Positions 13,434 through 24,739 of a DNA stretch of 64,000 bases are shown here, one piece after another (position 1 is the first letter of the stretch; the number at the start of each line of letters is the position of its first letter). The notes below the pieces were generated by a model. It was not told the DNA's origin and made no database searches. It saw only the letters and a list, made by a program, of their open reading frames with translations. Position numbers and translations under genes: made by a program. Origin of the DNA: Sminthopsis crassicaudata (taxonomy: Eukaryota); assembly GCF_048593235.1 (NCBI RefSeq), contig NC_133617.1, forward strand, positions 488,912,958 to 488,976,957. Reading direction: 5' to 3'.

Positions 13434-13976
13434 TAAGTTTTAAAAAAGGGGAAATTTGCTCCAAAAAAAAGGAAATTTTAAGAAAAAAGTTGGCTTTTAG
13501 TATATATTGTGTTATTTGGCATTTGGAGAAGGGAGATCTATTCTGTGTGGTGGGACATGCATGGGTTGGGTGGGGAGGGATGGAATAATGAGATTTGGGG
13601 AAGATTCTGCTGAAATCTCCCTGTTCTGCCAGGGATAACTTGGGAGGTAAAGGGGGGAGTGTCTTAATGGTGGTTGTCTTCTGCCTCTTCTGGCTCTGCA
13701 GTACTCATATTTCTTCCCAAATCCGACTGGGTTCTTGTATTCTTATGGAGCCAGGCTTACAAGATGATAATGGTCTTTGCAAAAGGCCTGTCCTTGTGAA
13801 GAGGGAGCAAAATGGCCTGATCTCTCAAAGGCCATCACATCTTGAGTCTCTTCATCCCTGTAATGACAAAAAAAGCATGATGTGGGGAAAAAGAATAGGG
13901 GTCATGTTATGAAAAATGAATTGGGAGTTACCTCTGGACTGTCCCTGCATGATGTCAATATCTTAGAGAAGCTCAG

Positions 13977-13999
13977 TCACCAGCTAGAAAGACCACCTC
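13977..13999 (-). CDS. PRSS53: PRSS53 exon 11 (RGGLSSW*)
   Basis: Strong acceptor. AGC TGG TGA resembles the human TSC* ending. Competing acceptors exist at 14064 and 13857. Confidence 0.5.
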
Positions 14000-14197
14000 C
14001 TGAAGGGAAAATGGGGGTAGAGAGAAAAAATAGGCTATTCAAGGTGACAAAACTGTCAATTTCCCTGAGAGTAAAAGTAGGAATTGGAAGAAGATCCTGG
14101 GGACAAGGTGATGAGGAAGCAATGAAGTTGGAAAAAAGAAAGTAGTTTGAATAGGAAATAAGGTCATAGAGTAGCAGTGGCTTGCAAGCTTTCATAC

Positions 14198-14408
14198 TTA
14201 GGTTAGCCGGGCAGTTCTCTTGCTTGGCTTCAGGTTTTTCAGCAAAATAGACCTGCCATTTGAGGCTGCTAATCCAGTCTTCGTAGTTTGGAAGTGCAGT
14301 AAAGACCCCAGGGTGGACTGGGCCCCTACAGGCGTCACTGAAACTCTGCAGCCCTGCCAGGAACCATGTGCCCATCACATCCTGCACCAATGGTGATCCT
14401 GACAAGCC
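14198..14408 (-). CDS. PRSS53: PRSS53 exon 10
   Basis: GLSGSPLVQDVMGTWFLAGL...CPANL; AG/GT boundaries. Confidence 0.92.
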
Positions 14409-14570
14409 CTGGCAAAGGGAGAAAAGACCCATCACTCTTCATTAAACTTTCTGAAGACTCTGGTCCTGTGGCAGAGCACAACTATGTGCTCTCTGTTCAA
14501 CTTCTACCACAGTTAAAATGTATTTGAATAGCCAGGGAACACTGTTAGATTTTAAATTGAAAGGATAGAC

Positions 14571-14764
14571 TTTTTTTTTTGGGGAGGGGGGCATTTTTTA
14601 AAATTTTTATAATTATAACATTTTCTTTGACAGTACATATGCATAGGTAATTTTTTTTTTTTTTTACATTATCCCTTGTACTCCCTTCTGTTCCGAGTTT
14701 TTCCCCTCCTTCCCTCCACCCCCTCCCCTAGATGGCAGGCATTCCCATACATATTAAATATCTT
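14571..14764 (-). mobile_element. Short L1 3'-end insertion
   Basis: Poly-T plus antisense L1 3' UTR; ATAGAC-T(n) flanks resemble a target site duplication (TSD). Confidence 0.75.
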
Positions 14765-14792
14765 ATAGACCTTTTTAAACAAAACACTTTGG

Positions 14793-14925
14793 GGGGCAAC
14801 TAGCTGGCACAGTGGATAGAGCACCAACCCTGAAGTAAGGAGGACCTAAGTTCAAATCTGACCTCAGACACAATACTTCCTGGCTATGTGACCCTGGGCA
14901 AGTCACTTAACCCCAATTGTCAAAG
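14793..14925 (+). mobile_element. Marsupial tRNA-derived CORE-SINE (WSINE1-like)
   Basis: GGGGCAACTAG head, A/B boxes, core 'gtgaccctgggcaagtcacttaacc'. Confidence 0.9.
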
Positions 14926-15378
14926 GAGAGAAAAATTTTTACTTAGGTGGAGCTTGTTGAGGTCCTAGTAACAAAGATTTTTTTTTTTTTTTAATGCAAA
15001 TCTCGAGCCCAGAAAGCCTGAGCCTTAAAAAGTCTGAGGTTTCCTATTAGTTTCACAGTCTAGTAGTGGCCCTAACAACAGGACTAGTTTTGCTTCTGGG
15101 CCATTTCTTGGGAGACCCCAATTAACAACTACCTAATCTTATGCTTAGGGTATAATAAAATTGTGTGGTCCAGGATAGAGAATGTTGGAAAGAAAAACAG
15201 GTTGTTGCCTGGTTGGATTAGGAACTACTTGGTGTAAAGTTATTAGTGGGAGGCTACATTAGACATAAGAACCAAGAAGCTGACATTGAACCTTTTTTAG
15301 CTTTCCAAAGGAAACAGAGCCTGAAACACAAAGATGGAAGAAGCATTTAGATTGGGAGTTCTGGTCCTATATTCTCAC

Positions 15379-15524
15379 CTCACACTGGAGAGGTTCTCCC
15401 ACAGCACTGCCACAGAGCATCCCTGGGAGAATAGGAACACCCTGTCCCCCGGGAGCAGCATGAAGTCTGCTGCAGGTTTTGGGGCCAAGGAGAGTCACAG
15501 GAACTGCCATGGAGGAGCCAAGAT
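15379..15524 (-). CDS. PRSS53: PRSS53 exon 9
   Basis: DLGSSMAVPVTLLGPKTCSRLH...QCE; AG/GT. Confidence 0.92.
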
Positions 15525-15696
15525 CTGTGAAGAGAGGAGACTCCCGGCTCCTAGTTGTGTTATTTGCATTTGTTCAAATTTATATATACTCTTAGATTGC
15601 CCAAATGCTTGGATTGCATTGGATTCCCTAATTCCAGCTTGAGAATGAGGGTTTTTCCATATCATCCCTCTCTCCAAATAGATCACTGCCACCTAC

Positions 15697-15941
15697 CTGT
15701 TTCCGTGTGGGCTCTCCCTTGTGCCCAACCCTGGGCCCCTTCAAGTAGATGGTAGGAGGCATAAGGCAGGCAGAGGGGCCGAAGACTGGGACCCAAGGTG
15801 ACAGGTTGGGACAAGAGTAGCAGTGCAATATCATGACCACCCTCTGGGTGTGTGTAAGCACCATGAAGAGTGAGTTGGCGAAGCCCACGCTGCTCCTTAC
15901 CCCTACCCAACCCTATGCTCCACTCCTCCAAGGTCTGGCGC
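15697..15941 (-). CDS. PRSS53: PRSS53 exon 8
   Basis: RQTLEEWSIG...GHDIALLLL...LRPLCLP; AG/GT. Confidence 0.93.
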
Positions 15942-16033
15942 CTGTGGAAAGGGAAGGGTGAAGGATTTGTAAAATCGGACTTGAGTATGAAGGGGTTATA
16001 GACCATGAGTCTTGGATCTGAGGGCAGGCTTAC

Positions 16034-16184
16034 CCAATGAAGCAATGGGCAGCTGTCAGTACCACTTCTTCAGACACTAGGGCTCCTCCACATACAAACT
16101 GCCCAAGGTGCCTCAGTTGTACATCCCAGGGCCACGGAGAAGGAGCACCTGGATGGGGCCCCTTCTCCTTCAGTGAACCACAGG
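16034..16184 (-). CDS. PRSS53: PRSS53 exon 7
   Basis: CGSL...PWPW...[19 protein letters not shown]; AG/GT. Confidence 0.93.
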
Positions 16185-16507
16185 CTACAAGAAAAAGATA
16201 CTTTTATATCTGGATTAAATTTAGTATTGGGGCCCCAAGTGCCTGGGTTCATGGTTCTCAAGTTCCCTTTGAGTTTTGAGTCCTCCCAGCCTGGGTTGCT
16301 CAAGTTTCTGACAAGACTATAGCTTCTACCTCAGATATTATTTTGGTTATTTAATGCAGAAATATAAGAATGGTTTTTTTCCCCCACAAACTTTAGTCCA
16401 TGTCTCCCTGACACTAAATGGCAAGAGCTGCCGTTTGTGTCAGGTTGGAGAAGGCACTGTCTCCTCCCACCTCCCAAGTTGAGACCCAGGCACCCCCTGG
16501 CCCGTAC

Positions 16508-16727
16508 AGATGCAGCTGTCCTCATCACTGCTCTCCAAGACCTCAGAGTTCTGGTGGAGAAAGACGGCACCAAAATCCTGAGCCTGTAGCCAAGGTGCAT
16601 AGGTGGCCAGATCAGTGAGCAGCACTGGGGTGTCCTCTTGGGCACAATTTGAGGAAAAGCTGATGATTCCAACCTGAACCCAGTGCCCATCTGGCTCCTC
16701 ACATAGCACTGGACCCCCAGAATCACC
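16508..16727 (-). CDS. PRSS53: PRSS53 exon 6
   Basis: GDSGGPVLCEEPDGHWVQVGIISF...DEDSCI; weak donor T|GTACGG. Confidence 0.88.
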
Positions 16728-17049
16728 CTAGAATAAACAGAAGCATTGTTGTAGGGACTCTGAGACTCATGAATGCCCCTGATTAATGAAGACATACTTT
16801 GATAGATCTTTCCATCTTGTTGCTTTTGGAGCCATTCATCTCTTTTGTTCTTTCAAGCCCAGTCTGGTGTCTTTCATGTATTCATCTCATCCCCCAAAGG
16901 ACTACTTGGTAATCAGCTGTTCTGCCTGCCCAGCTAGCCGAGCCCATAAATCCCCTACTTCCTGGATTCCATCCAACTCTGTTACTAGCTTGTCTCATTC
17001 TCCCCTAGTTCCCCAAGGCCAATTAGGCCTCTGATATCTCTAATGGTAC

Positions 17050-17204
17050 CTGGCAGGGACCTTGAGCTCCAGGCTGGATCCCAGCACACAGCATCCCATG
17101 CCGAGCTGGACTGGAAAGCTGGCGCAAGTGCAACCGATTATAAAGGCAGTTACAGGTAGGGCGGCTGATGAGGCGCAGGTGCAGGTTCCTGAGGATCCCA
17201 GGAG
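17050..17204 (-). CDS. PRSS53: PRSS53 exon 5
   Basis: PGILRNLHLRLISRPTCNCLY...GPCQ; AG/GT. Confidence 0.93.
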
Positions 17205-17315
17205 CTGGGGAAAGGGGGGGGAAGATTATACTAGAGGGGTTAGGACTGAGATTTGAGGGACAGTACCAGAGGGACAGACAAGGAAGGCAGACAAGTGCCC
17301 CAAAATGACACTCAC

Positions 17316-17581
17316 CCCAATCAGTGCCTTGGCCCCATCCAGTGGCCCAACATGAAGCTCCAAAAGGAAAGCGGTGGCCAGACTGGGGCAGGCAGAGAGG
17401 AGACTGAGGCAAGCTTTGAGTCAGCTGAAGGAGGGCCATGTCAGAGCCCTCAGTATAGTGGCTATATGTCTGAGGGACATGGATGGACACCACGCCTACT
17501 TCTTTTGCCCCTAAGCCAAGTCCCTCTTGCTGCAGAGAGCCCAGTACTACTGTCCAGGAGTTCGGATCTGTCACAGAGGTC
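17316..17581 (-). CDS. PRSS53: PRSS53 exon 4
   Basis: SWTVVLGSLQ...GSDMALLQL...CWATGW; AG/GT. Confidence 0.93.
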
Positions 17582-17790
17582 CTACATGGGTAAGATAAGA
17601 GTGGTTAGAAGTTCCTGGCTTTGGCAAATTTCTAAACCTAAGGTTTTTTAGTTTTGTTCCCTAATTGTTCTTTGTGGAGAATCACATCAAAAGAAGGTAC
17701 TCTTATGAAAGCTTAGCCAGGATGTTTAGTGCCTAAGTCAAGGAAAGGAGTCCCAATCCCATGGTGGATGGATGAGCCTCCCCAGACTCA

Positions 17791-18015
<225 letters not shown>

Positions 18016-18134
18016 TTACTACCAAATAAGACTCAAGTCACATTCAAGTTTAGACCGCAAGGTCCCACTCCCACCCCTATAGTTAGTTGGATCCAAGCAT
18101 CTCTCTGCCTCTCACCTCATGTCCTCGATCTTAC

Positions 18135-18155
18135 CTTGTTGAGCTGCATGAAGTC
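18135..18155 (-). CDS. PRSS53: PRSS53 exon 2 (21-nt microexon)
   Basis: GLHAAQQ, between tttcag and gtaaga. Confidence 0.85.
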
Positions 18156-19152
18156 CTGAAAAAAGATAAGAGATTACTGGTCATTCTATTCTGTTATCCA
18201 AAAAAAAAAAAAAAAAAAAATGGTGGCTTGAGGTTGGGAAAGGAACTAGAGTGAGGGATAGAGGCCCCTTAGCTCCTCCTCCTCAGAGACTACCTGACTC
18301 CATCACCACCACCTCCCAGAAAGAAAATATTTATGAGGTCCAGAAGCAGCTTTTACTGGAACCGATTCAGAGCGTCAGGCAACACTGAGATAATTATTTC
18401 TCCTCCCTCCCTCAGCAATCCAAGGGGCAAGGAGAGGGCTTTAAGCTCATCTCTGGGGTTTAGGTAGCCCTCTGAACCTAAATGTCTGGTTTCCCATCTC
18501 TCATTTTCCTTGTAGACCTCAGGCATCCTGTACCCTAGTCTGTCTCCTAATAGGTGAGTCAAAGTTGAGTTTTGGAAAGGATAGGGGGTCATTAGCCTAA
18601 TATTGTCCTACAGTCTGAAGGATGGAAAAAAGGCAATCTTGGTCATATTTACACGGAGGAAGAAGGAACCCAGAGATTCCACCTCCCGTGTCCCTAGTTT
18701 GTCTAGGAGACATCCCCATTCAGGCTTTCCAAAAACATATACCCACACCTTAATACACACACAAAGACAAATAGACAGTTGGTCACAGAGAGAGAGCAGA
18801 GTGAACTATGAAGATCACAAAACCTAGAGTAACATATCAGTGAAGTCAAATTTTCTCAAAGAATTAACAGTAGCATAGAAATGGACTCACACAGATGGTC
18901 ACAAGCACATATATAGATATACAATTATTGAGTGACAGGTATAATTGTATAGTCATTCGCACAATGAACCTTCAAAAGCAGCCTAAGTTTATGATTCCCC
19001 CCTCCAGAAAGCCCAACACCATACCCCTTAAGGGTCCTATAAACCGTAGGAGCTGCTTGGCTAGAAAAGTTCTATAATGCCCCAGCTGTTCACACACCAC
19101 AGCCCACTCTCCTTCCCCTGAACAGGTGAGGTCCTTTTCCTCTAGATCTCAC

Positions 19153-19210
19153 CCCTTGAAAGAACCAATACTTCTAATATCAGTAGTCCTCGTCTCCAGC
19201 TCCACTTCAT
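19153..19210 (-). CDS. PRSS53: PRSS53 exon 1 (signal peptide)
   Basis: MKWSWRRGLLILEVLVLSR; donor G|GTGAGA. Confidence 0.88.
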
Positions 19211-20741
19211 GCTATTCCCAGCTCTGCTCTGGTGCTGCCTTCAGGGAGGCCACCAAGTCTCCTTTTCCTTGGGGAGCCCCACCTCCAGTCAAAGTCCCAC
19301 CCCCATTCTGCTTCACTCACCAAATGAATTCCTCCACCCTGACATAATCCCAGGTTAGGGCAAGCTAACTTGACCCTGGGGGTTGTTAATTAAGAAAAAA
19401 ACATTTCCTTCTCAGAGAACCTCTCACTCCCAGAATATTGTTGGGATGGCTCAAGTCTCATTATTTTAGCCTGATACCCTAACACCAGAGTGCACTTATA
19501 ACATCAGGAAGATCTCCATCCCCTTTTGGTGTGGTTCTGGAGGAGAAAGAGGCCGATCAAATGGTGGTATTCTCCACTTGCCTCTTCTCTACAATATTTT
19601 TTAATTCAACATACACATCCAACAATATTCCCTCCTCACCAGGCTGGCTTCAATACTTCCTCTGCCTCTTTGTGGTTTTTAAATTAGATTTTTACAGGGG
19701 TAAAGCTCAGACCCTTCAACACAACTAGGTGGTGCACTAAGATGGTAAATGTGGAATCAGGAAGACCTAAAGTTCAAATCCAGCCTCAGACAATATGTCA
19801 CTTAAGCCATCTGCCTCAGTGTCTCCAAAAGTTGAGGGTCAATTAAGGTAATTAAGTCCCTGCCTCATAGTAGGTGTTTAATAAATGCTTATTCCCTTAA
19901 AGCCTGGCCCAATATCCTAATCCTCGACCCTATTTGCATGTCTTCTAGCTTTTTTCCTTTCTTATTTTCATTCTTTTCAAACCTATTTTTCTTCTTCTGT
20001 TCTATTCTCTTTTGGTCTCCTTTGTTCTTCATAGTTCAGTTAACCAGTGCCCCAGCAGTTTCCCTTATATTTCCAAATCTAGCCTGGCAAAATCTATTGG
20101 CCCCAACTGTTAAAAAAACAAAACAAAATACAAAACACCTGATCCTAGGGCAACCAGTGAAAGCATCCAAAACATAAGGATCTTATCCATTCTCCCAATT
20201 CTAGTGCTTCTACCAAAATCCCAATTGAATCCTTATTCCCATCCCACATTGTAACCTCAGTTCAAATGCTATAATTTTTCTCTTAGTACATGCCTCTTCC
20301 TAATCTTAACCAGACAATCTGATGAAGGATCAAGGAATAAAACAGCAAAATTAAGTTGTTACTAACTGCAATTCAAGTTCATAGTAAAAATGCTATGGTC
20401 TCAGCCAGGGTGACAAAGGAATGGAAGATATTCCCAAGGGCCTTTCCTGTTTGGGGTAGAGGATCTCTTCACCAAGGCAGGACAGGAAATCTCCCTAGTC
20501 CATAAAGGAAGTGGGGTAAGGATGTGGGGGGGGGGGGGGTTTGAGGCAGACTGCCAGGAGCCTAAATGACTCTGCACAGTGGGGAACTGGACTAAACAAA
20601 GTCCCAGTGCTGACTCACATCCTCACCAGCCCCCAGGCAGCCTAAGGTGGAGACTGAATGCTTTGCTATTGAGAAGGAAGTGGGGCTAGTTTTGGTCCAA
20701 GACAGAAAAAGAGTCCACATGCCCAATGTCTTTCTCATTTT

Positions 20742-20747
20742 TTTATT
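20742..20747 (-). terminator. Candidate VKORC1 polyadenylation signal (AATAAA)
   Basis: TTTATT on the plus strand, about 380 nt past the VKORC1 stop. Confidence 0.55.
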
Positions 20748-21127
20748 GAATAGCATTGATTATGCTCCCACCCATAATAGATGAGCAATTTTTATCCCAG
20801 CTTTTCCTAAAACTGGTAGTGTAGGGGAAAAGGGTGGAATCAGCAGGTGACTCCAGAGACAACTGTACTGAGAGTAGGGACCTGCTTAGGTTTCCTGGAG
20901 GATTCCATGGGAGGAGGGGGATACAGGGACAGTCTTTGTAAGTGGGAGTAAGAAAGGATATGGTAGAGATTTAAGAAGTCAACAGTAGAAAAACAGACTG
21001 TGAGCATGGATCCTTGCCATCATCCTTCAGTCTTCACCCAAACTCCAAGAGCTGATGGAGTGGGCTCCTCCTGAGTGAGATCAGAGTTCTCTTAGGGGTT
21101 TGGCAGTCCTCAGAAGGGTCATTGAAG

Positions 21128-21348
21128 TCAGTGATGCTTTTTATTTCGGTCCTGTAGTCTCAAGGGCCCCCTTGTCCTCCGGTAATTGAGTATAGTCAGA
21201 CCCAAATTGATGGCGTAGGTGGTGACACAAACCAGGCAGAAGTCATACAACACAAAAAACAAGATCCAGGCTAAGTAAACTGAACCCAAAAGAGAAAGCA
21301 CGGAGCTCAACATCAAAACTGAGGAGGCCCATGGAGCACTGTAGCAGC
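21128..21348 (-). CDS. VKORC1: VKORC1 coding exon 3
   Basis: [16 protein letters not shown]...[14 protein letters not shown]...KKHH*. Confidence 0.95.
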
Positions 21349-21772
21349 CTGGGGGAAGAAGACATTGGTAGGGAAATCAGCATTTTTCTCCAGGAAGTCT
21401 TGCTAGATTGCAGCAGTATGATTCTGACTACCTCTTTTAATCATCTTCCAGCAAGGCATGATGCCAATCTGTACTGATTACCAGTAAACATCTACATCAA
21501 CAATTTCCCTGCTTCTGTTCTTCATGAATTTTCAGATCTCGGGGACAGGGGGAAGGTCTTTATCCTCCCTTACCAGTCCCTGGGGATGATCATGAGTGCA
21601 TAGGGGTCACTTGCTAGCCAGATAGGAAAGCGAAAGGTGAGGTGGGGTCATAAGGAAACTAAGTATTCTAGGAAAGCATGGGTGGGACCTCAGAGGGAAG
21701 GGGCAGGGACTTCGGGGAAGGGTGGGCACTGTGAGGAAGTGAGTCTATAGGGCACAGGGACTTCCCACTCAC

Positions 21773-21882
21773 CCAGAAGGAGCTGCAGGCTATAGAAGAT
21801 AAGGCCGAAGACACTGTTGGACTGGTTCAGGATGCTTTCAGGACCTAGGAAGGGTTCCACCAGCCCAAAGCCCTTACTCCAT
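21773..21882 (-). CDS. VKORC1: VKORC1 coding exon 2
   Basis: [36 protein letters not shown]; AG/GT. Confidence 0.95.
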
Positions 21883-22549
21883 CTAAAGGACAGAAGAAGG
21901 GAGGGGGGAGGAGTCAAGGAGACTCAGGCTGAGAAAGTGTTTTCTGGTCCCAGGCTCATCCCAATTCTGTGGAAGGAGTTAGATTGGGCAATTTGGGAAT
22001 ACATATAGAACCTTCCCCCAAAGTCTAGACTTCTGAGCAGCCAATTGAAAGCTAGGTCTGCAGGAAGGAAGCTCTAAGTTTAAATCCTGTCTCACATACT
22101 TCCTAACTGCTTGATCCTGGCCAAGGCATTTTAGTGCTTCAGTTTCCTCACCAATCCACCCCGGAGAAGTTCCAATGTGTGTAATGCAATTAGCACAGCA
22201 CCAGCCGTACAGTGGGTGCCTAAGGAACGTGTTTCCTTCCTTCCTCCAAGATCCAAAGGATGACCCCGTGGGGAGGGGTTCTGAACCCAAGAACACCCCG
22301 GTGCAGAAGGCACACTAGCGCTTGCCTGGATCCCTGGGCCAAGCAAAGGAAGAAGGCCCCAGGCTGGGGCTCCCTTCTAGTCCCGGCTCTCAGGACACCT
22401 ATTCTCTCCCAGCCCCGTGCCCCGCTCTAATTCCCAGGTGCGAACAAAGGTCAGGGCCTTGAGCCTTCCCTCCTAAGGGGTCCAGTCGCTAGGTCAGTGA
22501 CCTCTGAAGGGAAGTAAAGCCACGTCACGCTTTCAACAACGGCCACAGC

Positions 22550-23760
22550 CTCAGTCCCAGGGATGCAGGCCCCCGTGCCCTTAAGTTCCCTTCGGGCACA
22601 GCAATCGCCCTTCATCCCGCCACCAGGCCCAGCCCCGGGGGCCGCAGGAGCCGAACGCAGCTCCAGGACAGCTAGGGTGCTCCGGCCCGCGCCCGGCACT
22701 CACGGCGCCTCCTATTCACCCCGCGCCACCAGCATCCCTCTCTATGCTCCATGCACCCCGCTCCCCGAGGCAGCCCCGCGCGCTCACGGGGAAGAAAACA
22801 CGCGGGAGCAGCTGATGGACTCGCCCAGGTCGCAATAGGCGCGGTACTCCCGACTCCGCGCGCGCTCCGCCTTCACGTGCAGTGCGTAAGCTGAGAGCGC
22901 GAGCCCAGCCAGGCAAAGCGCGAGCCGAGCCATCCCCGGGCTCCCCCAGCCGGCGAGAGTCACCATCGTAGCTCCCCGAGGCAGCCAAAGAGCAGAAGCC
23001 GGAACCGGGACAAACAGCCACCCGGGCAACTGCGGGGGAAGGGAGAAAAGCGGGGAACGAGGGCCACACCCACTCCTGCTTGCAAGCCGATTGGCCCGTC
23101 TGTCCGAATTCAATCGTCCAATCTGGGAAGAGGTTTAGACCGAAAAAAGAAAACGCGCTCGCGGCGCAAAGCCCGCTGGGACTTGTAGGAAAAAAAAAAA
23201 AAAAAAAAAAGAATTTCCGACTGAAAAGAAAAGCAAGGGAGCGGACTGGGAGTTGTAAAGTCAGAGATGGAGAAACGACGGGTAACCAAAGCGGGAGATG
23301 TACTTTCGGGCGCGTTGGCCCTTTTTTCCCTTTGCTTCTTCCTTCCTAGAGCTGGGACTGAAATCCAATTACAACCTGTGGAAGTTTGCAAAACTAGCTC
23401 AGCAAATAGATGCGACTCGGTAGGATGTAGTGCCGGGCGCGACCACAAGGGGGTAGCATCAACCCGAAAGTCCGACAGCTGTGTGTCCGCCTCTGCGGGG
23501 CTTGTATGGTCATCTCCTCCTTCTAGCCCCTCCGCCCCTCCCCCTCTGGCACTCCACGTATTCAGCTCACCTGCTGCCCCCGCCTCGCCCCGATTTAGCG
23601 CTGCTCTAGACTCCGGGAGAGCCGAGAGGTCGAGAGAGTTTGGGGGTGTCAGGAGGAGGAGGGGCCGTCCGAGGTCTTTGAACACCTCTAACACTCTCCA
23701 AATCCAAGGAAGCCGGGATGTTGTATGTGTCAGCTTCTGAGCCCAAGGGGAAACGATATT
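22550..23760. promoter_or_regulatory. VKORC1 CpG island / promoter
   Basis: CpG-rich; ZNF143/THAP11-like motifs near 23175 (CTACAAGTCCCAGC, minus strand) and 23247. Confidence 0.7.
22788..22966 (-). CDS. VKORC1: VKORC1 coding exon 1
   Basis: [18 protein letters not shown]...[16 protein letters not shown]; donor CC|GTGAGC. Confidence 0.95.
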
Positions 23761-24739
23761 GTAGGAGGTGAGAGGACGGGGAAGAGGTTTACCGACTTTT
23801 CTCGCCAGTTACTTCAGTCATTCAGCATTTGCATAGAACTTCATACCCTCGCTGGTGACAATGGCCTATTATACAGGGCATGAGAGCTCGTTTTAAGTTC
23901 TTCCAATACAGAGTATCTTAAATTTTTTATCTCATTTAGTTTAGTACATGCAACCTGCAACTCAGGTCATCTGCATAAGATCCCTATGGTGCATGGAATG
24001 GCATTGGTGGAGATGCATCATTTAATGCTCAGCCTACAGTAAGGGACAGAATCGGCGAGAAGTGGGAGAAGAGAAATCCTACTTCTCTCTTCCAGCTTCA
24101 GAGAAAAAACCTTAGATTTCAGATTCTCTGCAAGGAAAGGCTCCTTGAGGGAAAGTCTCTGGAAGAAGCCCGCATGTCGAGAAGCATGGCGTTTATGGTT
24201 GTGTTTGTTGAATGAATGTCCAGCCAATCATTTATTATCAGTGATATTTCTAACATGCCTACTGCGCTAAGAGCTGCGGGTGTAAAAAAAAAGGTTTCTT
24301 TCATAGGCCTTGCCAAGCCCAACAGGCTTACCCACCGGGATCCCTAGCTGCACTTGAAGCTACAGGTGATTCCAAAGCAGATGCAGCTACAGGAAAAATA
24401 GGGTGATTTGAACAGTTTTGAAGGAAGTCTGGGAAAAGAAAAAATAAACTTGAAGAGGGAAAGCAGTCCAAAGACTTGGAGATAAAAGATGGGAGATTTT
24501 GAACAATGAACAGCTAGTATAACTGACGGGGAAGTGACTAATGCAGAAAGACTAGAAAGGAAGACAGGTTCCAAGTGATAAAATTTTAAACACCAAAGAA
24601 CTTTGTATTTGGTTCTGAAAGTAACAGGGAACTAGTGGAATTTATTGAGTTATTGGATAAAATGGTTACTTATTTAGTTGCATCCAACTCTTTGTTGATG
24701 ACTTTTGGGATTTCCTTTTTTTTTTTTTTTTTTTTTTTT

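Larger units (their letters stand above)
21128..22966 (-). other. VKORC1: VKORC1 coding span, vitamin K epoxide reductase, 169 aa
   Basis: Exons of 179+110+221 = 510 nt. Loop cysteines (YCD...ISC), CLVC active-site motif and TYA motif are intact. Confidence 0.97.

Noticed and set aside
23110-23740. Overlapping 194-aa (-) and 157-aa (+) ORFs upstream of VKORC1
   Set aside because: No recognisable domain, one frame includes a homopolymer-derived run, and long ORFs are common in CpG islands.
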